Shown here: piece after piece, positions 8,461-17,225 of the stretch
How the letters are laid out: every line of letters begins with the position of its first letter
Position numbering within the stretch: position 1 is the first letter of the stretch
Assembly: GCA_025964065.1 (NCBI GenBank)
Contig: JAOPZO010000087.1
Location: 1-33,736, forward strand
DNA from: Solirubrobacterales bacterium
GTDB taxonomy: Bacteria > Actinomycetota > Thermoleophilia > Solirubrobacterales > Solirubrobacteraceae
Direction of reading: 5' to 3'
DNA: 33,736 nt
Notes under the pieces: generated by a model
Database searches by the model: none
Seen by the model: only the letters and a program-made list of their open reading frames with translations
Told to the model about the DNA's origin: nothing
Translations under genes and position numbers: made by a program

Positions 8461-9341
8461 GCGCTCACCGCCGCGTGCGTCCAGGCGTACACGACGCCGG
8501 GGCCGGGCTCCCAGACCTCGGCGTCCTCGACGCCCGGAAGCACCGCGAGCGCCCGGAACTCCGACGCCATCGCGACCCAGTCGTCGGTCTCGGCGAGGAG
8601 CGCCGGCTTGCAGGCCACGGGGTCGCGGAGCACCGCGAAGCCGTCGCGGGTGCCGACGGCGAAGGTGTAGAAGCCGTCGAGGTCTGAGAGGCCGCGCTCG
8701 AGCGCCTCGACGAGGTCGTCGCCCTCGCGGAGGCGCCACTGCAGGTACCCCGCGGCGACTTCGGAGTCGTTCTCGCTCTGGAAGGCGATGCCGTGCGCCC
8801 GCAGCCGTGCCCGCCAGAGGTTGTGGTTCGACAGGGAGCCGTTGTGGACGAGGCAGAGGTCGTCCCCGGTCGAGAACGGATGGGACCCGGCGGTGACGAC
8901 GGCGGACTCGGTGGCCATCCGCGTGTGGCCGAGCGCGTGGGTCGCGCGGATCCCGCGGAGCCCCATGTCGGCGATGAGCGCGTCGGGCCGGCCGCGTCGC
9001 TTCGCGACCTCCATCGTGGTGCCGGCGCCGAGGGCGATGAGGTGTGGGGCGTGCTCGGCCGCCCAGCGCATCCCGTCGGGGTCGTCGACGTGGAGCACCG
9101 CCTGGTCGCCGCGATCGGAGAGGACGGCCTCGGCGCCGAGCGCCGCCCAGTCGGTGGCCTGTCCGTCCGCGTCGAGCAGCGAGACCTTCGCGGACCCCCC
9201 CGGCACGGGGTCGCGGAAGACCGCCGCGCCGGCGCTGTCGGGGCCGCGGCCGGCCAGCGGCTCGAGCATGTCGGCGAGCAGCGCGCCCAGGTGCGCCTCG
9301 GTGGCAGACGTCTTGGCGAAGAGAGCAGCGATTCCGCACAT
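8457..9341 (-). CDS. mgsA: Class II (Ntn) glutamine amidotransferase subunit (N-methylglutamate synthase A / GlxB), 294 aa
   Basis: N-terminal nucleophile MCGI, RGPDSAG, GHTRMATES, HPF, LVHNGSLSNH, NDSEVAA, RDPVACKP, ASEFRAL. Confidence 0.9.
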   Translation of the reverse strand: MCGIAALFAKTSATEAHLGALLADMLEPLAGRGPDSAGAAVFRDPVPGGSAKVSLLDADGQATDWAALGAEAVLSDRGDQAVLHVDDPDGMRWAAEHAPHLIALGAGTTMEVAKRRGRPDALIADMGLRGIRATHALGHTRMATESAVVTAGSHPFSTGDDLCLVHNGSLSNHNLWRARLRAHGIAFQSENDSEVAAGYLQWRLREGDDLVEALERGLSDLDGFYTFAVGTRDGFAVLRDPVACKPALLAETDDWVAMASEFRALAVLPGVEDAEVWEPGPGVVYAWTHAAVSA

Positions 9342-9347
9342 GGCGTG

Positions 9348-9428
9348 ATCTTGGCTGACGTACTCACCACCTTCGATGGACCAAGTGGGTACTTCCGCCG
9401 CTCCGAGTATGTGCAGAGTGGCTATAGT
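9348..9428. promoter_or_regulatory. Back-to-back leaderless-type promoters for mgsA and the PucR-type regulator
   Basis: TATAGT (9423-9428) lies 6 nt before GTG 9435. On the minus strand CAAGAT (9353-9348) lies 6 nt before ATG 9341. Neither start has a well-placed RBS. Confidence 0.55.
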
Positions 9429-9434
9429 GCGTCC

Positions 9435-10997
9435 GTGTCCACGACGCAGGCCGACGCGCTCAGCGGGGTGATCGCGGCCATCGCGCGGGGGCCCGACCTC
9501 GAGCGGATCATGCCGGCGGTCGTCGAGGTCCTCACGGACGCCACGGCCTGCCACGCCTGCTTCATCTACTTCCTCGAGGGCGACGTGCTGCGGATCCGCG
9601 CGGCCTCCCACGTCTTCGCCCACGTCGTCGGCAAGGTCGAGTTCGGCGTGGACGAGGGGCTGTGCGGCTGGGTCGCCCGGCACCGGACACCGGCGTTCAT
9701 CCGCGACAACGCCCTCGAGGACCCCCGGATGAAGCTCGTCCCCGAGTTGCACGAGGAGCGCTTCCAGTCGATGGTGGCCGTTCCCCTGGAGCGCGGGGAG
9801 GACGTCATCGGCGTGGTCGTCCTGCACACGGAGGCACCGCGCGAGTTCCGCAAGGACGTGCTCGACCTGCTCGTGACGGTCGCCACGCTCGTCTCGGGGG
9901 CGATCGCCAACGCCCGCTTGTACGACGAGAGCCGACGCCAGGTCATCGCACTGCGGGCGCTCACCGAGCTCAGCCGGGGGCTGGCCGAGACGACCGAGCT
10001 CGAGGCGCTGGACGCGGTCGTCCGCGCGGGCGTCCCGCCCATGCTCGACGGTGCACGGGCACGGCTGCAGGTCGGGGGGCTGCGGACCGACGCCCCGGTG
10101 CACGACCCCGCGGCGGGCCGCCTCGCGGTCGCGGTCCGTGGCGGACGCGAGACCCACGGCGTCCTGACGGCGGTTCGCCCGGCGCCGTTCAATGGCGAGG
10201 ACGCCCAACTGCTCGAGGCGGCCGCCGCGCAGCTCGCGGTCGCGATCGAACGGGCGGAGCTCATCGACCAGCTCCGGGACGACACGCAGGTGCGCGAGCT
10301 CTTCGACCGGCTCGACGCGGGCACCGACCCCGGGCCCGGCACCGCGCTCGACGGCAGCTACGCAGCGGTGGTCGTCACCCCGGTGGCGGGGGCGGAACGC
10401 ACGCTGCGCGCCGCGGTCCCCGGTGTCCTCTCCGTGACCGACGCGGACGGAACGCGGCTTCGGGCGCTCGTTCCGCTTCCGGGACCGCAGGAGCTCCTGC
10501 TGCTCGACGCCGCCCTGCGGCGCATGCCGGGGAAGGCGGTCGCCGGCCGCAGCGACGTCCACCGTGGCAGCGGTGCCGGTGCCCAGGCGCTCGTCGAGGC
10601 CGCCGACGCCGCGCGCCTCGGCGGGCGCCTGCTCGCGTCGGGTGGCCTGCAGGTGTTCTCCGAGCTGGGGCCGTACCGCTTCCTCACCGGCCTCGACCTT
10701 CTGGCCGGCCGGCCCGACCCGCGGCACGCGGAGGCGGTCGTGCGCCTGCGTCAGTACGACGCCGCGCGGGGAACGCCCCTGCGCGAGACGCTCGAGCGGT
10801 ACCTGGCGGGGCGCGAGGGCATCGTGCGCTCCGCCCGCGCGCTGGACGTGCACCCCAACACGCTGCGTCAGCGCCTGCAGCGCATCGAGGAGCTCACCGG
10901 CCTCGTCCTCGCCCAGGAGGACCTCCTCTCCCTCGAGCTCACCCTCAAGCTCGAACGGCTCCGGCCGCCGCCGGTCCGCGACGCGCCACCCGGGTGA
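9435..10997 (+). CDS. GAF-domain PucR/CdaR-family transcriptional regulator, 520 aa
   Basis: N-terminal GAF domain (EGLCGWVA...EDPR...SMVAVPL...VIGVVVL), a shortened second GAF-like segment, and C-terminal HTH YD...LRETLERYL...ARALDVHPNTLRQRLQRIEELTG. Confidence 0.9.
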   Translation: MSTTQADALSGVIAAIARGPDLERIMPAVVEVLTDATACHACFIYFLEGDVLRIRAASHVFAHVVGKVEFGVDEGLCGWVARHRTPAFIRDNALEDPRMKLVPELHEERFQSMVAVPLERGEDVIGVVVLHTEAPREFRKDVLDLLVTVATLVSGAIANARLYDESRRQVIALRALTELSRGLAETTELEALDAVVRAGVPPMLDGARARLQVGGLRTDAPVHDPAAGRLAVAVRGGRETHGVLTAVRPAPFNGEDAQLLEAAAAQLAVAIERAELIDQLRDDTQVRELFDRLDAGTDPGPGTALDGSYAAVVVTPVAGAERTLRAAVPGVLSVTDADGTRLRALVPLPGPQELLLLDAALRRMPGKAVAGRSDVHRGSGAGAQALVEAADAARLGGRLLASGGLQVFSELGPYRFLTGLDLLAGRPDPRHAEAVVRLRQYDAARGTPLRETLERYLAGREGIVRSARALDVHPNTLRQRLQRIEELTGLVLAQEDLLSLELTLKLERLRPPPVRDAPPG

Positions 10998-11028
10998 TCC
11001 GGCGCGCCGCACGGTTCCGGGACGCCTG

Positions 11029-12201
11029 TCAGCTCAGCATCTCGCGGCTCAGCTGCGCGATGACCGCGGCGGCATCGTGAAGCTCGCTGACCGCCACCCG
11101 CTCGTCGACGCAGTGGCACTCGGCGACGTTCCCCGGGCCGAAGGTGACCGCTTCGATGCCCCCGTCGTTGACGAGGTTGCGCACGTCGCTCGCGTACGGG
11201 GTGCCCATGATGACCGGCGACCGGTCCGTCAGCGTCCCGACGGCGGCCGACACACGCTGCGCCCAGCCTGAGTCCTGGGCGATCTCCGCCGCCTCGAACG
11301 GCAGCCCGACCACGTCGATCGTGAAGTCCAGCTCCGGGATCCGGCTCAGCCGGGCCCGCAGGTCGGCCAGCTCCGCCTCGACCGTCTCGCCGGGCAGCAG
11401 GCGGCGGTCCAGGAACATCTCGACCGAGTCCGGCACCGCGTTCTCCTTGACCCCGCCGCGCGTGATCGTCGGCGTGCAGCTGCCGCCGGGCAGCAGCGGA
11501 TGGGGCCGGCTGCGGATGTCGGCGTCGTAGCGCTCGAGGACCTCGAGCACCGGACGGAGCTTGAGCACCGGGTTCACGCCGAGGTGCGACCGGCTGGCAT
11601 GGATCGATCGGCCGCGGATGAGGATGCGGTAGTGGACCAGGCCACGGGTCGCCACGGACACCCGCGCCTGGGTGGGCTCGGTGACGATGCCGAAGTCGCC
11701 CGTGTAGCCGGCCTGGAGGAGGGACAGCGTGCCCGGCTCGCCGCATTCCTCACCCGCGGCGAAGTGCAGGACCAGCGTGCCGCGCAGCGGGACGCCCAGG
11801 GCGACGAGGTGGTGGGCGACTGCGATCTGGACCGCGAGGCCCGCCTTCATGTCGCAGGCCCCGCGTCCGTACACGTACCCGTCCCGCACGCTGGCCTCGA
11901 ACGGGTCGCTGGCCCAGCGGTCCTCGCCGTCGATCGGCACGGTGTCCATGTGGCCGTTGAGGACGAGTCGCGGACCGTCGCCGGAGCCGATGCGCGCCCC
12001 GACGGACGGACGCCCGGGGGCGAACTCCACGAACTCCACCTCCGCCCCGAGCGGCTCGAGCCAGGCGAGGACCCGTCGGGCCATCGCCTCCTCCGAGATC
12101 CCGGGGTTGACGCTCTTGGTCCGGACGAGCGAGCTGAGGACCTCGATGAGGAACGTCGACTCGAGGGCGGCCGCGGCCGCGGCGGGCATCGCGGTGCTCA
12201 C
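11029..12201 (-). CDS. M20 metallo-amidohydrolase (ArgE/DapE-like), 390 aa
   Basis: LNGHMDTV, YGRGACDMKAG, GEE, EPT and FGPG...CHCVDE. GTGA overlap with hyuB. Confidence 0.9.
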   Translation of the reverse strand: MSTAMPAAAAAALESTFLIEVLSSLVRTKSVNPGISEEAMARRVLAWLEPLGAEVEFVEFAPGRPSVGARIGSGDGPRLVLNGHMDTVPIDGEDRWASDPFEASVRDGYVYGRGACDMKAGLAVQIAVAHHLVALGVPLRGTLVLHFAAGEECGEPGTLSLLQAGYTGDFGIVTEPTQARVSVATRGLVHYRILIRGRSIHASRSHLGVNPVLKLRPVLEVLERYDADIRSRPHPLLPGGSCTPTITRGGVKENAVPDSVEMFLDRRLLPGETVEAELADLRARLSRIPELDFTIDVVGLPFEAAEIAQDSGWAQRVSAAVGTLTDRSPVIMGTPYASDVRNLVNDGGIEAVTFGPGNVAECHCVDERVAVSELHDAAAVIAQLSREMLS

Positions 12202-14036
12202 GAGCCCGCCTCCGTGCCGGCTGCCACGAAACGTGGCACGCGGGGCAGCGGGTGCTCGCGGCGGATCCGGTGACCGGCCCGTTCGGAGCGCAGCGCGCTC
12301 GTCGCGTCCCGGTCGAGGTCGCCCTCGGGGGTGATGACCACCCCGTAGACCTCGCGTGCGGCGCCGGCGTCGGCGAGGTAGCCGTCCAGGACGTCCTCGA
12401 GCACCGCGTCGGCCTCGCGCTCGAGCGGGTCACCGAAGCCGCCGCCGATGGCCGTCTCGATGCGGACCACGTCGCCGGCCGCCAGCGCGACGTTGGAGCG
12501 GCGGCTCGCGAGCGGCTCCCACTCCGCCGCACCCACGCGACGGATCGACATGACGTTGCAGGAGCCGTCGTCGCCGCCGAACAGGCCGAACGGCGGGATC
12601 GTGCTGCGGTCCAGGCAGGTGGAGATGACGCAGTCGCCCGTCATCTCGATGTCCCGCACCAGGCCGAAGCCGCCGCGGTGGCGGCCGGCGCCCTCCGAGC
12701 CCGTCCGCAGCCCGAAGCGCCGCACGATCATCGGGAAGTTGTGCTCGAGGCTCTCACACGGCTGGTTGCGGCAGTTGGAGAGCGGGTCCTGCACGCACGT
12801 CCAGCCGTCCTTCGCGTCCATGCCACCCCAGCCGCCCTTGGGGTTGAGGATCGCCACCCACTGCTCGGTACTCCCATCCTCCGTGACGTGCATGCCGCCG
12901 AGCGTGTGCACGTTGCAGGTCCCGGTCTCGCCCGCGACGCCACGTTCCGGCGCGCCGAGCGCGAGCGCGGCGAGGCAGAGGTCGATGATGCGGTTGCACG
13001 TCTCGGTGAGGCCGCTCACCGTGGAGGCCGGCGGCCGCGGGTTCACGACCGAGCCGAGTGGCGCGGTCACCGTCACCGGGGCGAACGCCCCGTCGCTGGG
13101 GTGGATGGCCGGGTCGGTGAACATCAGCATCGCGATCCACACGCTCGCGACGGTCACGCTCATCACGCAGTTGACCGCACCGGCCACCTGCGCGTCGCTG
13201 CCGGCGAAGTCGAAGGCGATGTCGCTGCCGGCCTTCGTGACCGTGACGGCGATGCGCACCGGCCCCCCGCCCTGGCCGTCGGTGTCCATGTAGTCCTCGA
13301 AGGAGTAGGTCCCGTCGGGGAGCTTCGCGATCTCCGCGCGCATGTGGCGCTCGGAGTAGTCGATGATCTGGTCGACCGCGCCGAGCACGGTGGCCTTCCC
13401 GTAGCGGCCCATCATCGACTGCAGGCGCCGGCTGCCGGTGAGGACGCCCGCACGCTGGGCCGCGATGTCCCCCTCGGTGTTGTGCGGCAGCCGCACGTTG
13501 GCGGCGATGATGGCGAGCACGTCCCGGACCGGCTCGCCCTGCTCGTAGATGCGCACGGTCGGGACGATCAGCCCCTCCTGGTACATCTCGGTGGCGTCAC
13601 CCGGCATCGATCCGGGCGCCATCCCGCCGACGTCGGTGTGGTGTCCGCGGTTGCCGACGAAGCCGACCAGCTCGTCCTCGAAGAAGACCGGCGCGAACAC
13701 CGTGATGTCGGGCAGGTGGGTGCCGCCGGCGTAGCAGTCGTTGACCAGGAAGACGTCGCCGGGATGCATCTCGTCGATGCCGTAGCGCTTGATGCCGGCC
13801 TTGACCGCCTGCGGCATCGCCGCCACGTGGATCGGGCAGCCCTGCATGTCCTGGGCGATCAGCCGAGCATCGCGGTCGAAGATCGCCGTCGACAGGTCCT
13901 TGCCCTCGGTGAAGATCACGGAGTGCGCGGTCTTGAGCATCGTGATCGTCACCTCCTCGCAGATCTGGATGAAGCCGTTCCGCAGGACCTCGAGGGTCAC
14001 GACGTCGACGCTGGGCCTGGTGGTGGCGATGCTCAT
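12198..14036 (-). CDS. hyuB: Hydantoinase B / 5-oxoprolinase-family subunit, 612 aa
   Basis: PIHV, PGDVFLVNDCYAGGTHLPDI, GHHTDVGG, YQEGL, GAGRHRGG, GGGFGDPLER. ATGA overlap with hyuA. Confidence 0.9.
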   Translation of the reverse strand: MSIATTRPSVDVVTLEVLRNGFIQICEEVTITMLKTAHSVIFTEGKDLSTAIFDRDARLIAQDMQGCPIHVAAMPQAVKAGIKRYGIDEMHPGDVFLVNDCYAGGTHLPDITVFAPVFFEDELVGFVGNRGHHTDVGGMAPGSMPGDATEMYQEGLIVPTVRIYEQGEPVRDVLAIIAANVRLPHNTEGDIAAQRAGVLTGSRRLQSMMGRYGKATVLGAVDQIIDYSERHMRAEIAKLPDGTYSFEDYMDTDGQGGGPVRIAVTVTKAGSDIAFDFAGSDAQVAGAVNCVMSVTVASVWIAMLMFTDPAIHPSDGAFAPVTVTAPLGSVVNPRPPASTVSGLTETCNRIIDLCLAALALGAPERGVAGETGTCNVHTLGGMHVTEDGSTEQWVAILNPKGGWGGMDAKDGWTCVQDPLSNCRNQPCESLEHNFPMIVRRFGLRTGSEGAGRHRGGFGLVRDIEMTGDCVISTCLDRSTIPPFGLFGGDDGSCNVMSIRRVGAAEWEPLASRRSNVALAAGDVVRIETAIGGGFGDPLEREADAVLEDVLDGYLADAGAAREVYGVVITPEGDLDRDATSALRSERAGHRIRREHPLPRVPRFVAAGTEAGS

Positions 14037-16117
14037 CGGACGGCCTCCTCGGCCTGGGCGGGGGTCTTCATCGCTGCGTCGTCGGCGACGCCGCCGACGT
14101 GGATCACGAGGTTGCCGCGGGCGTCGACATCGACGCACATCCCGTCGGCGACCCAGGTCGTGGACCCGGCCTCCACGAGGATCACCGGACCGGCGAGCCG
14201 GGTCCCGGCGGCCAGCGCGTATCGGTCGTAGACCGGCACGGGGACCCGCGTGTCGCCGATGAGCACGTCGCGGTGCTCCACGGGCTCGACCTGCGTCGCG
14301 CCGCCGACGAACGCCGGCGGCTCCCAGTGGGGGAGGCGGCTGATGGCGCGCGCCCGGAGGGACACGAACTCGGGCCGCCCGGTGCGCAGGCGGATGGTGT
14401 AGACCGTCTCGTAGGCCTGTTCGAAGCGCTCGACCGCGTCGGCGAGCAGCGCTCCGTCGAGCGGCCCGGCCGGCAGCTCGATCTGGAGCTCGTGGATCTG
14501 GCCCTCGTAGCGCAGGTCGGCGTAGCGGGTCACCTCGATCCGCTCCTCGGCCTGGCCCTGGGCCGCCAGCTCGCCCGCGACCGCGGCCGAGAGCGCGTCG
14601 AGCAGGCGGTTGGCCTCGGCGAGGTCCACCTGCTCCGATCGTGCGAGGAACGCGACGCTGCGGTCCTGTTGAACGTCGGCCATCAGCGTGCCCATCGCGC
14701 AGGCGTTGCCCGGCGTGGTCGGGATCAGCACCCGGGGGATGTCGAGCATCTCGGCCACGGGGGCCGCGACCAGTCCGCCGGCCCCGCCGAAGGCCACGAG
14801 CGTGAGATCGCGTGGATCGATGCCCTTCCACACCGAGACGGAGCGGACCGCGTTGGCCATGTTCGCCTGGGCGATCTGGATCATGCCCTCGGTGACGCGG
14901 TCGGCGGACAGGCCGAGCGGCGCAGCGAGCTCCTGCTCGACCGCGGCATGGGCCGCCTCGGCGTCGAGGGCGAGCGCACCGCCGGCGAGGGCCCCGCCGA
15001 GCAGTCCCTTCACCAGCAGGGCGTCGGAGAGCGTCGGCTGCGTGCCCCCGCCCCCGTAGGAGACGGGCCCCGGGGTGGCGCCGGCCGACTGCGGGCCCAT
15101 CTTGAGCAGGCCGCCCTGGTCGATCCACCCGATCGAGCCGCCGCCGGCTCCGACCGAGGAGACGTCGACCATCGGGATCCGCGCGGGCAGGCCCCACTCC
15201 ACCTGCATCTGGACGTCGACGAACGGCTTGCCGTCGCGGATGAGCGCGACGTCCGTGCTCGTGCCGCCGACGTCGAAGGTGACGACGTCCCGCGCGCCCG
15301 CCTCGCTGGCCACCGCCGCCGCCGCGATGGCTCCGGCCGCCGGGCCCGAGGAGAGGGTCACGATCGGGCGCGCCGAGGCGCGCTCGGCCGGCACCATGCC
15401 ACCGCTCCCCTGCATCAGCAGCAGCCGGCCGTCGAAGCCCTCGGAGCGCAGCCGTGAGACCAGTTCGTCGATGTAGCGCACCATGATCGGCTTGATGTAG
15501 GCATCGATGACGACCGTGTTCGTCCGCTCGAACTCGCGGACCTCCGCGTTCACGTCGCTGGAGAGCGAGACGTGCAGCCCGGGAGCCACCTGCTCGATGA
15601 GCGCCTTGACCCTGATCTCGTGCACCGGATTGGCGTAGGCGTGCAGCAGGGACACGGCGATGGCCTCCGCGCCGGCCTCCAGGAGCGCCCGGATCTGCGT
15701 GCGGGCCTGCTCCTCGTCGAGGGCCGTCTCGACCGTGCCGTCCGCGAGGACCCGTTCGTGCAGCCCCAGGCGCCGGCGTCGCTGGACGTACGGTTTCGGC
15801 TTGCGCCACGACAGGTCGTAGCCCGACGCCCGATCGGTGCGCATGATCTCGATCACGTCGGTGAAGCCCTCGGTGGTCAGCAGGCCGGTCACCGCCCCGG
15901 CCCGCTCGATCAGCGCGTTCAGACCCGTCGTGGTCCCGTGCGCGAGCAGCGCGAAGGAGGCGGGATCCAGGTTCGCCGCGGCAACGCTGGCCAGGACGCC
16001 GCGCGCCTGGTTGTCAGCGGTGGTGGGGACCTTCGTCGACCAGGTCTCGCCCGATTGGTCGTCATAGGCGAAGAGGTCGGTGAAGGTGCCGCCGACGTCG
16101 ATTCCGACGTGTCGCAT
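14033..16117 (-). CDS. hyuA: Hydantoinase A / 5-oxoprolinase-family ATP-binding subunit, 694 aa
   Basis: IDVGGTFTD, HGTT, SGPAAG, DVGGTSTDV, GAGGGSI, SAGATPGP, AFGGAG, DLRYEGQ. GGAG RBS upstream. Confidence 0.92.
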   Translation of the reverse strand: MRHVGIDVGGTFTDLFAYDDQSGETWSTKVPTTADNQARGVLASVAAANLDPASFALLAHGTTTGLNALIERAGAVTGLLTTEGFTDVIEIMRTDRASGYDLSWRKPKPYVQRRRRLGLHERVLADGTVETALDEEQARTQIRALLEAGAEAIAVSLLHAYANPVHEIRVKALIEQVAPGLHVSLSSDVNAEVREFERTNTVVIDAYIKPIMVRYIDELVSRLRSEGFDGRLLLMQGSGGMVPAERASARPIVTLSSGPAAGAIAAAAVASEAGARDVVTFDVGGTSTDVALIRDGKPFVDVQMQVEWGLPARIPMVDVSSVGAGGGSIGWIDQGGLLKMGPQSAGATPGPVSYGGGGTQPTLSDALLVKGLLGGALAGGALALDAEAAHAAVEQELAAPLGLSADRVTEGMIQIAQANMANAVRSVSVWKGIDPRDLTLVAFGGAGGLVAAPVAEMLDIPRVLIPTTPGNACAMGTLMADVQQDRSVAFLARSEQVDLAEANRLLDALSAAVAGELAAQGQAEERIEVTRYADLRYEGQIHELQIELPAGPLDGALLADAVERFEQAYETVYTIRLRTGRPEFVSLRARAISRLPHWEPPAFVGGATQVEPVEHRDVLIGDTRVPVPVYDRYALAAGTRLAGPVILVEAGSTTWVADGMCVDVDARGNLVIHVGGVADDAAMKTPAQAEEAVR

Positions 16118-16148
16118 CAATGGGCTCCGGGGGTGGGGGTCATGAGGG

Positions 16149-17225
16149 TCAAGAGGTGCTCGTGGGTCGGCGCAGCAGCGTGGCGAGGATGCTCCGAAGT
16201 CCGCGGCCGTCTGCTCGCAGCCGTTCGGCGATCGCGGTGAGCAGGACCGCCGTGATCAGCAGGCCGCCCTGCACGAGCTGCTGCTGGAAGGAGGAGACGT
16301 CGAGGAGCGTGAGCGCGTTCGTCACGAGGCCGAGCAGCATCACGCCGAGGAAGCTGCCGAACATGGAGCCCCGCCCGCCGCCGAGCGCCGCGCCGCCGAT
16401 CACGGCGGCGGCGATCGCCTGCAGCTCGAGGCCGCTGCCCGAGGAGGCGTCGCCGGCCCCCAGGTTGGAGAGCAGGACGACGCCCGCGGCGCCGACGGTC
16501 AACCCGCTCAGGGCGAACAGCGCGAGCTTGACCCGGCCGACGGGAATGCCCGCCAGGAACGCGGCCTGCTCGTTCGAGCCGACCGCGTAGGCGGAGCGAC
16601 CGAGTCGGGCGTAGCGCAGGATGACACCCCCGACCAGCAGCGCCAGGACGAACAGCCAGAAGCTCACCGGCACCCCGAGGACGTCGGCGGTGCTCAGCGA
16701 CTGCAGGTTGCTGCCCACCGAGACGGGGCGCTGGCCGGTCTGCAGCAGCGAGACGGCCTGCAGCACGCTCAGCAGCCCGAGCGTGAGGATGAACGGCTGC
16801 ACGCGGGTGACGACGACCACGAGGGCCACCGTCGCGGCGATCGCCACCGGCAACGCCAGCATGACGATCACGGCGACGGTGGTGCTCGTCCCGCCCGAGA
16901 TGAGCTTCGCGCCGACCACCGCGCTGAGCGCGGCCGCGGCCCCGATCGACAGGTCGAGCTGGCCCGCGGCGAGCAGCAGCGTGGTGCCGACCGTCAGCAG
17001 CCCGAGCACGGCCACGCTCTCGAGCAGCACCTGGACGTTGCGGGCGGTCAGGAAGAGCTCGCTCTCGGCGCTGGCGTAGGCGCCGAGCGCGAGGATCGCC
17101 GCGAGCAGCGGCAGGTAGGTTCGCGCGTTGTCCGAGTCGCGCCAGAGCCGGCGCAGGCCGGCAGCCGGCGCGCCGGCGTGACGACGACGGGCTGCGGGAG
17201 CGGACGCGCTGGCGGGCATGCTCAC
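16149..17225 (-). CDS. ABC transporter permease (RbsC / CUT2 family)
   Basis: DLSIG, PFILTLG, YAVGSNEQAAFLAGI, ELQAIAAAVIGG and multiple hydrophobic helices. Confidence 0.92.
   Translation of the reverse strand: MSMPASASAPAARRRHAGAPAAGLRRLWRDSDNARTYLPLLAAILALGAYASAESELFLTARNVQVLLESVAVLGLLTVGTTLLLAAGQLDLSIGAAAALSAVVGAKLISGGTSTTVAVIVMLALPVAIAATVALVVVVTRVQPFILTLGLLSVLQAVSLLQTGQRPVSVGSNLQSLSTADVLGVPVSFWLFVLALLVGGVILRYARLGRSAYAVGSNEQAAFLAGIPVGRVKLALFALSGLTVGAAGVVLLSNLGAGDASSGSGLELQAIAAAVIGGAALGGGRGSMFGSFLGVMLLGLVTNALTLLDVSSFQQQLVQGGLLITAVLLTAIAERLRADGRGLRSILATLLRRPTSTS

Noticed and set aside
5133-9341. Reading the cluster as ordinary glutamine synthetase plus glutamate synthase
   Set aside because: The three-way split subunits and GlnT-type motifs (DKPCYD, DHEDGNGQFE) match the Mgs/GmaS families, and no GltD partner is present.
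8457-15809. Apparent large fusions from ORF-track extensions (851-aa MgsA, 1203-aa HyuB; likewise 1063-aa, 949-aa and 1370-aa ORFs further right)
   Set aside because: The extensions lie over other genes. True starts are indicated by the Ntn Cys, RTGA overlaps, RBSs or signal peptides.
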